Shown in pieces: positions 46,948 to 56,156 of a DNA stretch of 64,000 nt; within the stretch, counting starts at the first letter, position 1, and every line of letters begins with the position of its first letter. Both the position numbers and the translations under genes were made by a program. Source of the DNA: Escherichia phage vB_Eco4M-7. A model generated the notes under the pieces. The model saw only the letters and a program-made list of their open reading frames with translations. It ran no database searches and was not told where the DNA came from. The stretch lies in the sequence record MN176217; one strand, given 5' to 3'.

Positions 46948-49831
46948 CTGGATACACCTGTTTGATAACGTCGACGATGAACATGTCAATTCCTTCAAGC
47001 TTGCGACCTTTCATCAGGAAGAATGCGCCGTTCCCGACGTTTTCAGCAATGTATTTCCCGTACTTCTGGAACTTCTCTGGACGAATCCTGAAGCGCATTG
47101 GCGAGTCTGTCGAGTCGTCTTTGCACATAAGGTCGATGAACTGAGTCTCAAGCTTGTTCCCGTACTGGTCAAACTCTGCGTAGCGGCCATCAGCTTGAAG
47201 ACCCTTTTTAAGCTTGCCGTGCTTTGTATAGATGCCGCGCTCAAGTCGTTTACGGATGCGTGTTGCTTCGTTCTCGTCCGCAAGCACTTTCTTTGTCAAC
47301 TTGCCGATTACTATTGCACGCTCGTCATCGCCGACTTCCTTCATCTGGCGTATTGAAGCGCCGGACGTCACGCCAATCAGATAAGGGTCATTATATGCCC
47401 ATCCGAACTTTGTGTGCATCTCTGTAAGGTCGCCATATTTTACTTCAGCAGCGGCCAATGCATCCTTCTGTTTTTGCGTTAATGTTCCGGCTTCGCGCGC
47501 TTCGATATACTTCATCGCCTTCACCATGCCGTACCCTTTCGCGTTCATAATGCCGCCGATTAGCTTTCCGTTCGCGATTGTCCAGTTCATTGAAGAGTGA
47601 TCAGGGTCGATTGGAACGTAATCCACGCCTTCCTTCGCAAGTTCACGTAATATCGCAATCGTCTGGTCTTCGTCCTTAGCAGCGCGTAAGCAGGCAGCGG
47701 CAAATTCCAACGGGTAGTGTCGCTTAAGCCACAATGTCCAGTAGGTCACGACCGCGTATGACACGGAGTGCGACTTGTTAAAGCCCCATGACCCGAACGT
47801 GGCCATCGCTTGCCAAAGCTTTCTTGCATCCGCTTCCGGTACGCCGTTATTTATTGCGCCTGCAACGAAGTCTTCGCCAAGCTTGTTAAAGTATTCTTCA
47901 CCCTTACGGCCTGACATTGCCTTACGTACAGCGGATGTTTTCGCCCAGTCAAATGAACCAATCTCTTTGACCACGGCCATGATTTGCTCTTGGTAAAGAA
48001 ACACTCCGTAAGTCTCTTTTAAGTACGGCTCAAGCTGCGGCACGTCGTATTCAATCGGCGCACGCCCTGCCGCGCGTTCAATGTATTTCTGGGCCATACC
48101 GGACGACAACGGTCCAGGTCGACCAAGGGCTGTCAGGTTATCGATTTTGTTGAAGTTGTCAACGTGCACAAAGTTTGTCACTGAGCGTACAGCATCGCCT
48201 TCGAACTGGAAGATGCCTGACATCTTGTTTTCGTTAAGGATGTCAAGGACGCTTTGATCATCAAGCTTGATTCCGTAGAGCGTTTCAGCATCAATAACGC
48301 CTGTATCAGAAATAATGCCGAGAGTACGAAGGCCCAGCGCATCAAGCTTCAAAAGGTTGAGGTATTCGCTGTCAGGCTTATCGATTTGCGCAATCCCTTC
48401 TGCAGTTACAGTACAGTAATCAGAGATTGGGTCATTACAAACAATGATTCCCGCTGCGTGCACCCCTGTGTGGGACGGGTGAATCTCAAGGTCACCCATG
48501 CAACGCGCGGCGTCAGGATATTTCGCCACGAACTCTTGGCCCGTGGTCGTTGTTGCAAAGGTATCCTCCAGGCCGTGACCATAACGGGCGTCACCGGATG
48601 AGTATTCAAGCAGTGCGTTTTTAATGTTGGCCGTTTCGTGGTATCCAATGTTGAACTTCTTACCAACCTGCGCCATTACTGAGTTGGCCTTAAGCGTGTT
48701 GATGTTGCCAAGCTTTGCAACGTTCATTTCGCCGTATTTCTCTTTAAGATAATCAAACACCATATAGCGTTTGGTATCTTCAAAGTCGATGTCGATGTCA
48801 GGAAGGTCGGCGCGGCTTACGTCGATGAATCGGGCAAACAGCAGCTTATACGGGATTGGGTCCACTTCCGTGATGCCGAGGCAATAGCAAACAAGTGAAC
48901 CAGCCGATGAGCCGCGTGCAGGACCGACGAGCATTTTTGTTTTTGCGAATCGTACAAGGTCCGCTACCACCAGAAAGTATGAGTCGAAATCTTTCAGCTG
49001 AATCTGGTGAATTTCTTCGTTGAAGCGGTCCTCATATTCCTGAGTCCATTCTTTGATGTGACCTGCTTTTAGACGGTACTCCATCCCCTCGCGAGCAAGC
49101 TTTACCATGTCACCAGCAAGGTGAATAATCGGTGCCTTACGCAATTTCAAGTCAAGTCCGACTATGCCGTTTGCTATGTCAACAGCATTGGCCGTTGCCT
49201 GATCAAGTTCATCTTCAGTCAAGATGCCTTTAAGCTGTTTGCGCAAGTCTTCCACGCCAACGATGCAATGCGGCTTAACCGTATCGCGAACTTCCCAAGC
49301 ATAAGCGAAGTCAACGTGCTCAGGAGAAGGCATGTGATTGTATCCGGTTAAAACCAGCGGCCTTCCACCGCTACAATGAGCCAATGCCTGGCGCTTTGCC
49401 AAAAGGAACGATGATGGGTTGACGTCTATATAGTCGTAGTCCTCTGGCCGCAGCAGCTCCACGGCACCGCCACAGAATTTAACGACGCCATCAAGCGCAC
49501 CGAACTCTGCACGGGTAAGGCCGCCGCGCTGCGTTGCAAGTGTCGTAGCGTTGTAAAAAGATTTTAAGTCAAGGGCCAATATCCAAGCCTTCGGTTTGAA
49601 TCCCTTTTTCGGGTCCGCATCAGGGTCGATGATTGGAATCTCCATTCCAAACATAGGCTTAATATCATTTTTCTGGCATTCCTTTTCCCAGCGAACGTGA
49701 CCCCATGTGTTGTTATCAACTAATGCCGCGACTTCGCAGCCCAACTCTTTGAGCCGTGCTATAATTTCAGGATGCCGTCCATAAACTTCTTTGAACGTGT
49801 AACCGCTGCGAACTCTCAATTGTGGAAACAT
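46934..49831 (-). CDS. dnaE: DNA polymerase III alpha-type (DnaE-like) replicative polymerase
   Basis: 965 aa; signature NKSHSVSYAVVTYWTLWLKRHYPLEF; N-terminal PHP region looks degenerate. Confidence 0.75.
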   Translation of the reverse strand: MFPQLRVRSGYTFKEVYGRHPEIIARLKELGCEVAALVDNNTWGHVRWEKECQKNDIKPMFGMEIPIIDPDADPKKGFKPKAWILALDLKSFYNATTLATQRGGLTRAEFGALDGVVKFCGGAVELLRPEDYDYIDVNPSSFLLAKRQALAHCSGGRPLVLTGYNHMPSPEHVDFAYAWEVRDTVKPHCIVGVEDLRKQLKGILTEDELDQATANAVDIANGIVGLDLKLRKAPIIHLAGDMVKLAREGMEYRLKAGHIKEWTQEYEDRFNEEIHQIQLKDFDSYFLVVADLVRFAKTKMLVGPARGSSAGSLVCYCLGITEVDPIPYKLLFARFIDVSRADLPDIDIDFEDTKRYMVFDYLKEKYGEMNVAKLGNINTLKANSVMAQVGKKFNIGYHETANIKNALLEYSSGDARYGHGLEDTFATTTTGQEFVAKYPDAARCMGDLEIHPSHTGVHAAGIIVCNDPISDYCTVTAEGIAQIDKPDSEYLNLLKLDALGLRTLGIISDTGVIDAETLYGIKLDDQSVLDILNENKMSGIFQFEGDAVRSVTNFVHVDNFNKIDNLTALGRPGPLSSGMAQKYIERAAGRAPIEYDVPQLEPYLKETYGVFLYQEQIMAVVKEIGSFDWAKTSAVRKAMSGRKGEEYFNKLGEDFVAGAINNGVPEADARKLWQAMATFGSWGFNKSHSVSYAVVTYWTLWLKRHYPLEFAAACLRAAKDEDQTIAILRELAKEGVDYVPIDPDHSSMNWTIANGKLIGGIMNAKGYGMVKAMKYIEAREAGTLTQKQKDALAAAEVKYGDLTEMHTKFGWAYNDPYLIGVTSGASIRQMKEVGDDERAIVIGKLTKKVLADENEATRIRKRLERGIYTKHGKLKKGLQADGRYAEFDQYGNKLETQFIDLMCKDDSTDSPMRFRIRPEKFQKYGKYIAENVGNGAFFLMKGRKLEGIDMFIVDVIKQVYPDGNK

Positions 49832-50373
49832 TATTTACTCCAGATGTCATATACGCCAATTTGTTGGCAGACTTTGTGCAGTAATATTACGTCGTCTAAT
49901 GCACGGTGTTTCTGTTCATATTTTCCGAAATATAATTCATACAGCTCTTGAAGCTTAACTCTTCGGCCAAAAATAGGCAAGGTTTGCTCAACTGTACAAA
50001 TGTTTATTTCTGGAAAATTAACATCATCAAGCGTAAGTCCTTCGCGCTGTAGTGCATAATCAAGAATGTTTTTATCGAACGCATGGTTGTGCGCGATAGT
50101 GGCATCCGTCTTCTTGAAGATTTCTTTTAGCTGCGGGACAAAATTGATGAATGGTGGATTGCACTCAAGGTCTTCATTTGTTAATCCGGTAATCTTTGTG
50201 ATAATTTCTTCAATCACGATTTCAGGATTAATTATGAATTCAAACGTTTCAAGAATCTCTTTGCCGTCTGTCAACAGACCTGCAAATTCAATAGGGCGCG
50301 GCTGCATCCCAAGCGGCGCTTTCGGGTGCACGGTCAATCCGGTTGTTTCGAAGTCATAAGGGAGAAATAACAC
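49831..50373 (-). CDS. DnaQ-like 3'-5' exonuclease (DEDDh family)
   Basis: Exo motifs DFETTG, HNHAFD, HRALDD. Confidence 0.75.
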   Translation of the reverse strand: MLFLPYDFETTGLTVHPKAPLGMQPRPIEFAGLLTDGKEILETFEFIINPEIVIEEIITKITGLTNEDLECNPPFINFVPQLKEIFKKTDATIAHNHAFDKNILDYALQREGLTLDDVNFPEINICTVEQTLPIFGRRVKLQELYELYFGKYEQKHRALDDVILLHKVCQQIGVYDIWSK

Positions 50374-50427
50374 ATTAGCCTCCTACAAAAAGGCCGCCCA
50401 TTAGGACGGCCACAGATTCACGATTCG

Positions 50428-50979
50428 TTATACAGTGTACGGAGTACCGTCTTGATTCAAGCGCACGATAAACTTCAAATCAACGCCGATGATTTCACGC
50501 GTATCAAAGATCACATAGTTGTAACGACGTTGACCAGCAATGTTCGGGTTGGTATGAGAGTCAGTTACAACTTCCTGTGCAACCTGAATGCCTTCTTCGC
50601 TAAAGAACTTACGCCATTCAGCAAGTTCAGCGGCAGTTACGTGCATACCAAGATGGCTAACCTGATTGTCATGCGCATCGATATATTCGATGTTTTCGTT
50701 AATCCAGTTGCAACCCATTGTGTAGTCAAGGATTTCAAGCTCAAGAGGCTTACCAGCGCCCCCATCAGTACCGTTGCCAGCCTGATAGTTGAAGCGCAAG
50801 TCAGCTTCATTGGTGCAATCGTCGCGACGACCTTTAAAGTCATCAGCTTCAAATACGCGACCAGTAGCAACAACATGATCATGGAACCATTCTGTCAGGC
50901 CGATTTTAGCCAAGAAATCCTGTGCGCGCTGAGCATCTGGAATTGACAGGGCGATTTGTTCAATTTTAAAATGTGGCAT
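50428..50979 (-). CDS. VOC / glyoxalase-bleomycin resistance fold protein candidate
   Basis: 183 aa with His/Glu-rich pattern; assignment weak. Confidence 0.3.
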   Translation of the reverse strand: MPHFKIEQIALSIPDAQRAQDFLAKIGLTEWFHDHVVATGRVFEADDFKGRRDDCTNEADLRFNYQAGNGTDGGAGKPLELEILDYTMGCNWINENIEYIDAHDNQVSHLGMHVTAAELAEWRKFFSEEGIQVAQEVVTDSHTNPNIAGQRRYNYVIFDTREIIGVDLKFIVRLNQDGTPYTV

Positions 50980-51075
50980 TTTGTTTCCTTAATTAAATAT
51001 TATTGATTAATTACTGTGTTGTCTTCGTCCTGTTTCTTTTCAGGAGCGGGTGTGACAACTTCAAATGTTCGTGAT

Positions 51076-51759
51076 TTATTTACCAAATGGAATATCAGTA
51101 CCAGACATAAAGCGCCATGCGCCCGTAATTAAGATATGGCGAATGAAGTCAGCAATTACTTGCGGCTCAGTCTCCAATCCATTCATCAATGCCTTTTTCT
51201 GGTATTCAGCGGCGTATTCAGGAGTCCAGCCGCGAGTCGCGCAAACGGCATCTTCAATCTGTTTAGACATGCCAGTGCCGCGCAACTTGTTAGGACTAAT
51301 AGAGAATACCGTGATGCCGTACTTAGGCGTAAGTTCGTGAGCCATCTGCTTGCTGATCATAAGCGCAGCAGCCTTGGATGCATTATAACATAAGCTGGAC
51401 GTCATAGGAATATGCGCAGCGTTGGAAACAATGTTGATCACAAAGCCTTTGTTGTCGATAAGACTTTTCAGCGCAGCCTGAGTCGTGTTAACGAAAGAGA
51501 ATGCGTTGGTGTGCATAACGCGGTTAAACTCTTCATAGTTTACATCTTCAAACCAATTGTTAGAGTTGACACCAGCACAGTTGATCAAGCCTTCAACATC
51601 ATATGGGCTTAAAATTTCTTTCATCTGTTTAGCATCGCGGACGTCATATCCGTATGCTGAATCGATGCCAAGCACGTTATGACCGTAAGCGCCAAGGGTG
51701 TCAAAAATAGATTTACCAAGACCGGAATTGGAACCTGTTACAACAATTACTTTTTTCAT
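51076..51759 (-). CDS. Short-chain dehydrogenase/reductase (SDR)
   Basis: Cofactor motif VTGSNSGLGKS and catalytic YNASK. Confidence 0.65.
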   Translation of the reverse strand: MKKVIVVTGSNSGLGKSIFDTLGAYGHNVLGIDSAYGYDVRDAKQMKEILSPYDVEGLINCAGVNSNNWFEDVNYEEFNRVMHTNAFSFVNTTQAALKSLIDNKGFVINIVSNAAHIPMTSSLCYNASKAAALMISKQMAHELTPKYGITVFSISPNKLRGTGMSKQIEDAVCATRGWTPEYAAEYQKKALMNGLETEPQVIADFIRHILITGAWRFMSGTDIPFGK

Positions 51760-51826
51760 TTATTTATCCTTTTTTTGGACTTCGTTTCGATGAGGTAAAT
51801 ATAACTCATCGAAACGCACAAGTAAA

Positions 51827-52702
51827 CTATTTATTGAAATTAATATTATGGGTGTTGACAAGACGTTCACACATGGCGCTATAAACACCATCGTCGTGTA
51901 TCGAGTCTTCATGCTTCAGGCCGCTGATTGCGAAGCGTGTAAGCTTGACAATCTTAAGCTCGAACAGGTGCCACATGTGGTAGTCTTCCGGTGTCTTCAA
52001 CGTTACGCCATTAGGGAACAACACCTGCATAACCTGACCTACCATCACAGCGTTATCGCCATAAACGGCATTGCGCTCACGGAAGGTCGCTGCCATCGCA
52101 TCAAGAATATCAGCAGCGGTTGCTGGGGCTTGTTGTTCAACTTCAACAAGTTTAGTCTCTTCTTTTCCTGTTGCACTTGGATCAACTGCTAATTGTTGCA
52201 CCACTTCACCTGCCTTGCAAAGATTAAATGTAAAGGCGATTTTATTTTGCGCCATGGAATTATAATGCAAAGCTTCTTCTTGCATCCGCGCGAGTACGTC
52301 TTGTCTATCTTCAAATACGTTGATTATTCGATAATCGCCGTGTCGCAATACATACGATAACCATGCAGATTTCATAACAGTTGATGGACGCTTGTCGCCA
52401 TGTTCTCTCATCTTGATTGTGAATTCATCAAAAGGGAAAACGTTGTCCAGACGTTCAAAAGTGACTTGTCTGTATTTTTCTGGTCTTGCAGTCCAATATT
52501 CAACCGCCTCACCGCGAAGTGATGCCGTCTCTACTGCTGACGCAATGTTAGGATAGAACTGATCATAACCAATGCCGCTGTGGTAATCATCATAGTCGGA
52601 CAACGGGCCTGCCACCCTGATACGGTCTAAGCGCCAACGGTCATCAAACAGAGTTCCGTCAAGGTCGAATACGTTTAAGATTTGGTTATTTTTGATACTC
52701 AT
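51827..52702 (-). CDS. HAD-superfamily phosphatase domain protein with extra C-terminal domain
   Basis: N-terminal DLDGTL motif I; 291 aa. Confidence 0.5.
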   Translation of the reverse strand: MSIKNNQILNVFDLDGTLFDDRWRLDRIRVAGPLSDYDDYHSGIGYDQFYPNIASAVETASLRGEAVEYWTARPEKYRQVTFERLDNVFPFDEFTIKMREHGDKRPSTVMKSAWLSYVLRHGDYRIINVFEDRQDVLARMQEEALHYNSMAQNKIAFTFNLCKAGEVVQQLAVDPSATGKEETKLVEVEQQAPATAADILDAMAATFRERNAVYGDNAVMVGQVMQVLFPNGVTLKTPEDYHMWHLFELKIVKLTRFAISGLKHEDSIHDDGVYSAMCERLVNTHNINFNK

Positions 52703-53502
52703 CCTTTTGATACTCCATCTTTGGCAACTGGATTATTGGTGATTGGCATCGCATCCCAAAACTGGATGCGCAACTCTTCTTGCTGTGCAGTGGTATCCAT
52801 CCAATCACGATACCATGGGCAATGGGCCTTACCGTGACGAGGAAATGCGCACTTACCCATACCGATGCACTGCGGCTGTAGTAAAGGATTGGCCCACGGG
52901 TGCACCTTAAGGACTTCCGCAACCATTGCACGGAATACTTCTTGATACTCGCCTTGAGTACGCGTGCACAAGCGGTTAGAGGCCATTTGTTGTAGAGTGC
53001 GCAAGTTGAACTTTGCCATGATATGCGTTTGCATATTAGAAGGCAACACGGCACGTGCATCTTGAATCTCTGCGCCAGCCGCGCGAAGTTCTTGGTATAG
53101 GGCGTCAATGGTTGCCATTGCATCATCCCATTTCTCTGCCAGTTCAGCAGCCTTCTCGTCATGACGAGTCCATCCCTTTGGATCATCCTCTGGGTAAGTA
53201 AATTTGGCAGGACGAATCGCATCAAACGCTGATGACTCTTGAGCGCGGCTTGTGCGTTCTTGATATGCACCTGTTCGTGTGCGCACCATCTGATGAGTCA
53301 TATTCTTTGATACATCAGTGATGTCAAAGATATAGTCAACAAAGTCGAAAGGTGACTTGATGGTGTCAAGCATGTAGCGCCAGTGCTCTTGCTTCTCTGA
53401 TTCTGTCATCTCAGAGACGGGCTTGCCAGTCATGCGCGTGTTCTTTGTTTCCAGCAAAAGGTCAAGTGCATCTTGGGTGTATCGAATTAATTCAACTTTC
53501 AT
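52699..53502 (-). CDS. thyX: ThyX-like flavin-dependent thymidylate synthase homolog (variant active-site motif)
   Basis: THQMVRTRTGAYQERTSRA aligns with ThyX SHQLVRHR...S signature but has RTR in place of RHR. Confidence 0.5.
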   Translation of the reverse strand: MKVELIRYTQDALDLLLETKNTRMTGKPVSEMTESEKQEHWRYMLDTIKSPFDFVDYIFDITDVSKNMTHQMVRTRTGAYQERTSRAQESSAFDAIRPAKFTYPEDDPKGWTRHDEKAAELAEKWDDAMATIDALYQELRAAGAEIQDARAVLPSNMQTHIMAKFNLRTLQQMASNRLCTRTQGEYQEVFRAMVAEVLKVHPWANPLLQPQCIGMGKCAFPRHGKAHCPWYRDWMDTTAQQEELRIQFWDAMPITNNPVAKDGVSKG

Positions 53503-53515
53503 TTTAATTATCCTA

Positions 53516-53962
53516 TTAACGGTAGTTAACTAGTTGCTGATCACCAGAGAAGGTGCAATGATAAACGAATTGTGCGTTATAAAGCAACTGAAAACTTTTC
53601 TTTGGTTCATTATTAGAACTCATTGATGTAAAGATTTCTGCACCAGAACGGTTTTCACCAATAAGGTTTATAAAGCCGCCAGTTGAACGAGGTTGGACGA
53701 AAGTGAAACGTTGCATCCACGGAGTGCGGTTGGCACCTTTCCCTGTGAATCCCTGAATCTGAATATTCAGACCTTCTTGCTCGTTCACACCGATGTAAGT
53801 GGTAATTGTTGCGCCAGTCGTCGCTGCAGTCTTGCCGTCCATCGCTTCGCAATCGTAAACAGCGATTGAATCGGAAGTACGGACAGCGGCTTCAGTCGCT
53901 TCCATATACATGGTTCCGAGAATAGCAGTTGCGGCAAGCGCGATTCCAGTGATGCGTTTCAT
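53516..53962 (-). CDS. Secreted hypothetical protein
   Basis: N-terminal hydrophobic signal-like segment MKRITGIALAATAILG. Confidence 0.4.
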   Translation of the reverse strand: MKRITGIALAATAILGTMYMEATEAAVRTSDSIAVYDCEAMDGKTAATTGATITTYIGVNEQEGLNIQIQGFTGKGANRTPWMQRFTFVQPRSTGGFINLIGENRSGAEIFTSMSSNNEPKKSFQLLYNAQFVYHCTFSGDQQLVNYR

Positions 53963-54027
53963 TTTCGTTTCCTCTATGAGTTCTGCTTCAATGATTAAAG
54001 TATACGCCCATTGAAGCAGAAAGCAAA

Positions 54028-55023
54028 TTATTTATTAGCAATATAAGCAAATTTTTGATAGTTATTTGCTTTGATGAGTTTTTCAACTTCAGCAAGGTCA
54101 TGGGCGACGTCATCAAGCAAAATGTTTCGCCAAGTAGCGAATCGACCGACACTAAATACGTTCAAATCCATGGTCAGTTGCAGGAGTAGGGCGTGTCGTA
54201 AGTCTTTCGGAATGTCGACAATCTTGCCATACTTCTGGTCGACCTTTTCAACTTCTTCAAGAGCGATGTCACTCCATGAGAGGCCAAAAGCCGTCAACAC
54301 TTCGTCAACTTCTGCACGCAACTTAATGTCACGGTAACGAGTAATGCCGCCAGCGGCTTCAACTGCGGCTTCACTTACGCTAACCAAAGGAATTGTTTCA
54401 ATGATCAGCGTGTCACCAGTGATTGATGCGCGGTAAGTTCTGACGGAGTAGTCAGGAAAGTAAATGGTTTGATACAGTTCACACTTGCGTTTAATCTTAA
54501 AGCGGTAAACACGAATGTTTGCCTTATCGAATGAGAAATCAATCTTTTGATCAATCCCAGCAAGCTTCATCATGACTGGCAGCGGCGATGTGTTGATGAT
54601 TGGCGTCTCGCTATAGCCGCAAAGCGTGTCGACCGGAGTATTAAAGAATATACGGTCACCCAGTTTATCGACAAGCTGATCATAAAAGTCATCAGGCGCA
54701 ATATAACGCGTTGCAGTTTTAAGCTTCATGATTGAACGGCTGCCAAACTGATTGGTGACCTTCATGGAATACATATTGGCAAGGTTGATTGGGCAATGGT
54801 CGTGATAGTAGTTACCGCGAAAATACACAGCCTTGTCAACTGTCACGGCCTTAAAAGGGATTCCGGTAATACGGCTTACTTCTTCGCCGCGAAAGCGTAG
54901 CAGGGCCTTGTGCTGTGGCGCTCGCTCCCCTGCTTCGTACACAATAGAGTTCGGGAAGTGACACGCGGTAATAAGTCCTGCCAAACCGCCGCCGATAATC
55001 ATTACAGGTTGTTTCATGTTCAT
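54028..55023 (-). CDS. FAD/NAD(P)-binding oxidoreductase
   Basis: N-terminal Rossmann dinucleotide motif MIIGGGLAGL. Confidence 0.55.
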   Translation of the reverse strand: MNMKQPVMIIGGGLAGLITACHFPNSIVYEAGERAPQHKALLRFRGEEVSRITGIPFKAVTVDKAVYFRGNYYHDHCPINLANMYSMKVTNQFGSRSIMKLKTATRYIAPDDFYDQLVDKLGDRIFFNTPVDTLCGYSETPIINTSPLPVMMKLAGIDQKIDFSFDKANIRVYRFKIKRKCELYQTIYFPDYSVRTYRASITGDTLIIETIPLVSVSEAAVEAAGGITRYRDIKLRAEVDEVLTAFGLSWSDIALEEVEKVDQKYGKIVDIPKDLRHALLLQLTMDLNVFSVGRFATWRNILLDDVAHDLAEVEKLIKANNYQKFAYIANK

Positions 55024-55100
55024 TTGTCCTTTGTGGGTGATATGAGAAGTATAATAGCTAAATTATTTTACAGCAACAAGTCATTTCTATTTAGTACAGA

Positions 55101-55129
55101 CGAAAAAAGACCCACAACAAGTGTGGGTC
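55101..55129 (-). terminator. Rho-independent terminator on minus strand (GACCCACA-loop-TGTGGGTC then UUUUUU)
   Basis: 8-bp stem and T6 tract on minus strand 30 nt after stop of 55158..56003. Confidence 0.6.
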
Positions 55130-55157
55130 AATTACCGCTATATAACCGTCCTACAGG

Positions 55158-56003
55158 TTATTCCGCTTGATCACCGTCTTCAGCATCGTCGTTGGATTCA
55201 ACATCGACAAACTCGATGTGGCCCATCTCTTCCAGCTTGCTCAGGTAGGAGCGAACAGAAGCGCCAAACAGTTGATCTTTAACTTTTTCGCCCAGCTCAT
55301 CGATAGACTGTGCCACACCAACTTCGCCTTCTTTGATCGCCGCCAGAACGCGTCCACGGGTGGAATGCTCTTGCGGCTGGCTCAGGCCATTGCCAGTGTA
55401 GATGAAGTGAGTGGCTTTTGCACGACGCTGACCGTTTGCCTTTTTAGCAGCCTTACGTTCTGCGATGGCTTTGCGACGTTCTTCAGCTTCTTTCTTACGC
55501 TGTTCTTTCTGCTGTTCTGCAGCTTCTTTCGCCGCAATCTTAGCAGCTTCACGCTCTGCCTTGCGTTTCGCTTTAGCTTCTTCTTTGGCCTTCTCTTTTT
55601 CGGCCTTCGCTGCAGCACGGGCTTGATCACGCTCTGCTTTCTTGGCCGCAGCCTGCTCAGCTTTCAGGCGCTTGGCTTCTTCTTTAGCCTTTGCCTTTTC
55701 GATTTCTTTTGCTGCTTTAGCGGCTTCACGCTCTGCTTTCTTGGCAGCAGCCTTTTCTGCACGCTCTTTAGCTTTCTTAGCTGCTTCTTCAGCACGCTTC
55801 TGAGCCTTCTCATCAGCAGCCTGCTTGCGTTTCAGCGCAGCTTCTTCACGCTTGGCTTGTTTTTCCTGCTCACGCTTCTGGCGTTTTTCTTCGGCTTCTT
55901 TCTTTTTAGCCAGGCGTTTTTCTTCAGCCACGCGACGACGTTCTGCTGCGGCTGCTTGTTTTTCTTCTTTAGATAATACTTTGATTGCTTCGGCCATATT
56001 CAC
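55158..56003 (-). CDS. Lys/Ala/Glu-rich charged helical protein with small C-terminal globular domain
   Basis: About 200 aa of KAE-rich repeats then an 80-aa non-repetitive C-terminus. Confidence 0.5.
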   Translation of the reverse strand: MNMAEAIKVLSKEEKQAAAAERRRVAEEKRLAKKKEAEEKRQKREQEKQAKREEAALKRKQAADEKAQKRAEEAAKKAKERAEKAAAKKAEREAAKAAKEIEKAKAKEEAKRLKAEQAAAKKAERDQARAAAKAEKEKAKEEAKAKRKAEREAAKIAAKEAAEQQKEQRKKEAEERRKAIAERKAAKKANGQRRAKATHFIYTGNGLSQPQEHSTRGRVLAAIKEGEVGVAQSIDELGEKVKDQLFGASVRSYLSKLEEMGHIEFVDVESNDDAEDGDQAE

Positions 56004-56156
56004 AGTCCTTAAATAAATTAGTTTATTTTATATTCCCCGTTTGGGATAACTTAATTATGCCTTCAGTCGTCGCCAGTAGCAACTAAAAACTATGGCGGCA
56101 ATGCCACTTTAATTAAACTGATTTTCAGTTTTATTTTTCGTAAATTTACGTCAACA

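Noticed and set aside
52686-53270. Alternative-frame 194-aa ORF overlapping the ThyX-like gene
   Set aside because: Same strand but different frame, with no recognisable motif; the ThyX-like frame carries the family signature
55167-55976. Plus-strand 269-aa ORF antisense to the KAE-rich gene
   Set aside because: Extremely F/L-rich low-complexity translation caused by the complement of GAA/AAG/GCT repeats; flanking genes and terminator are on the minus strand
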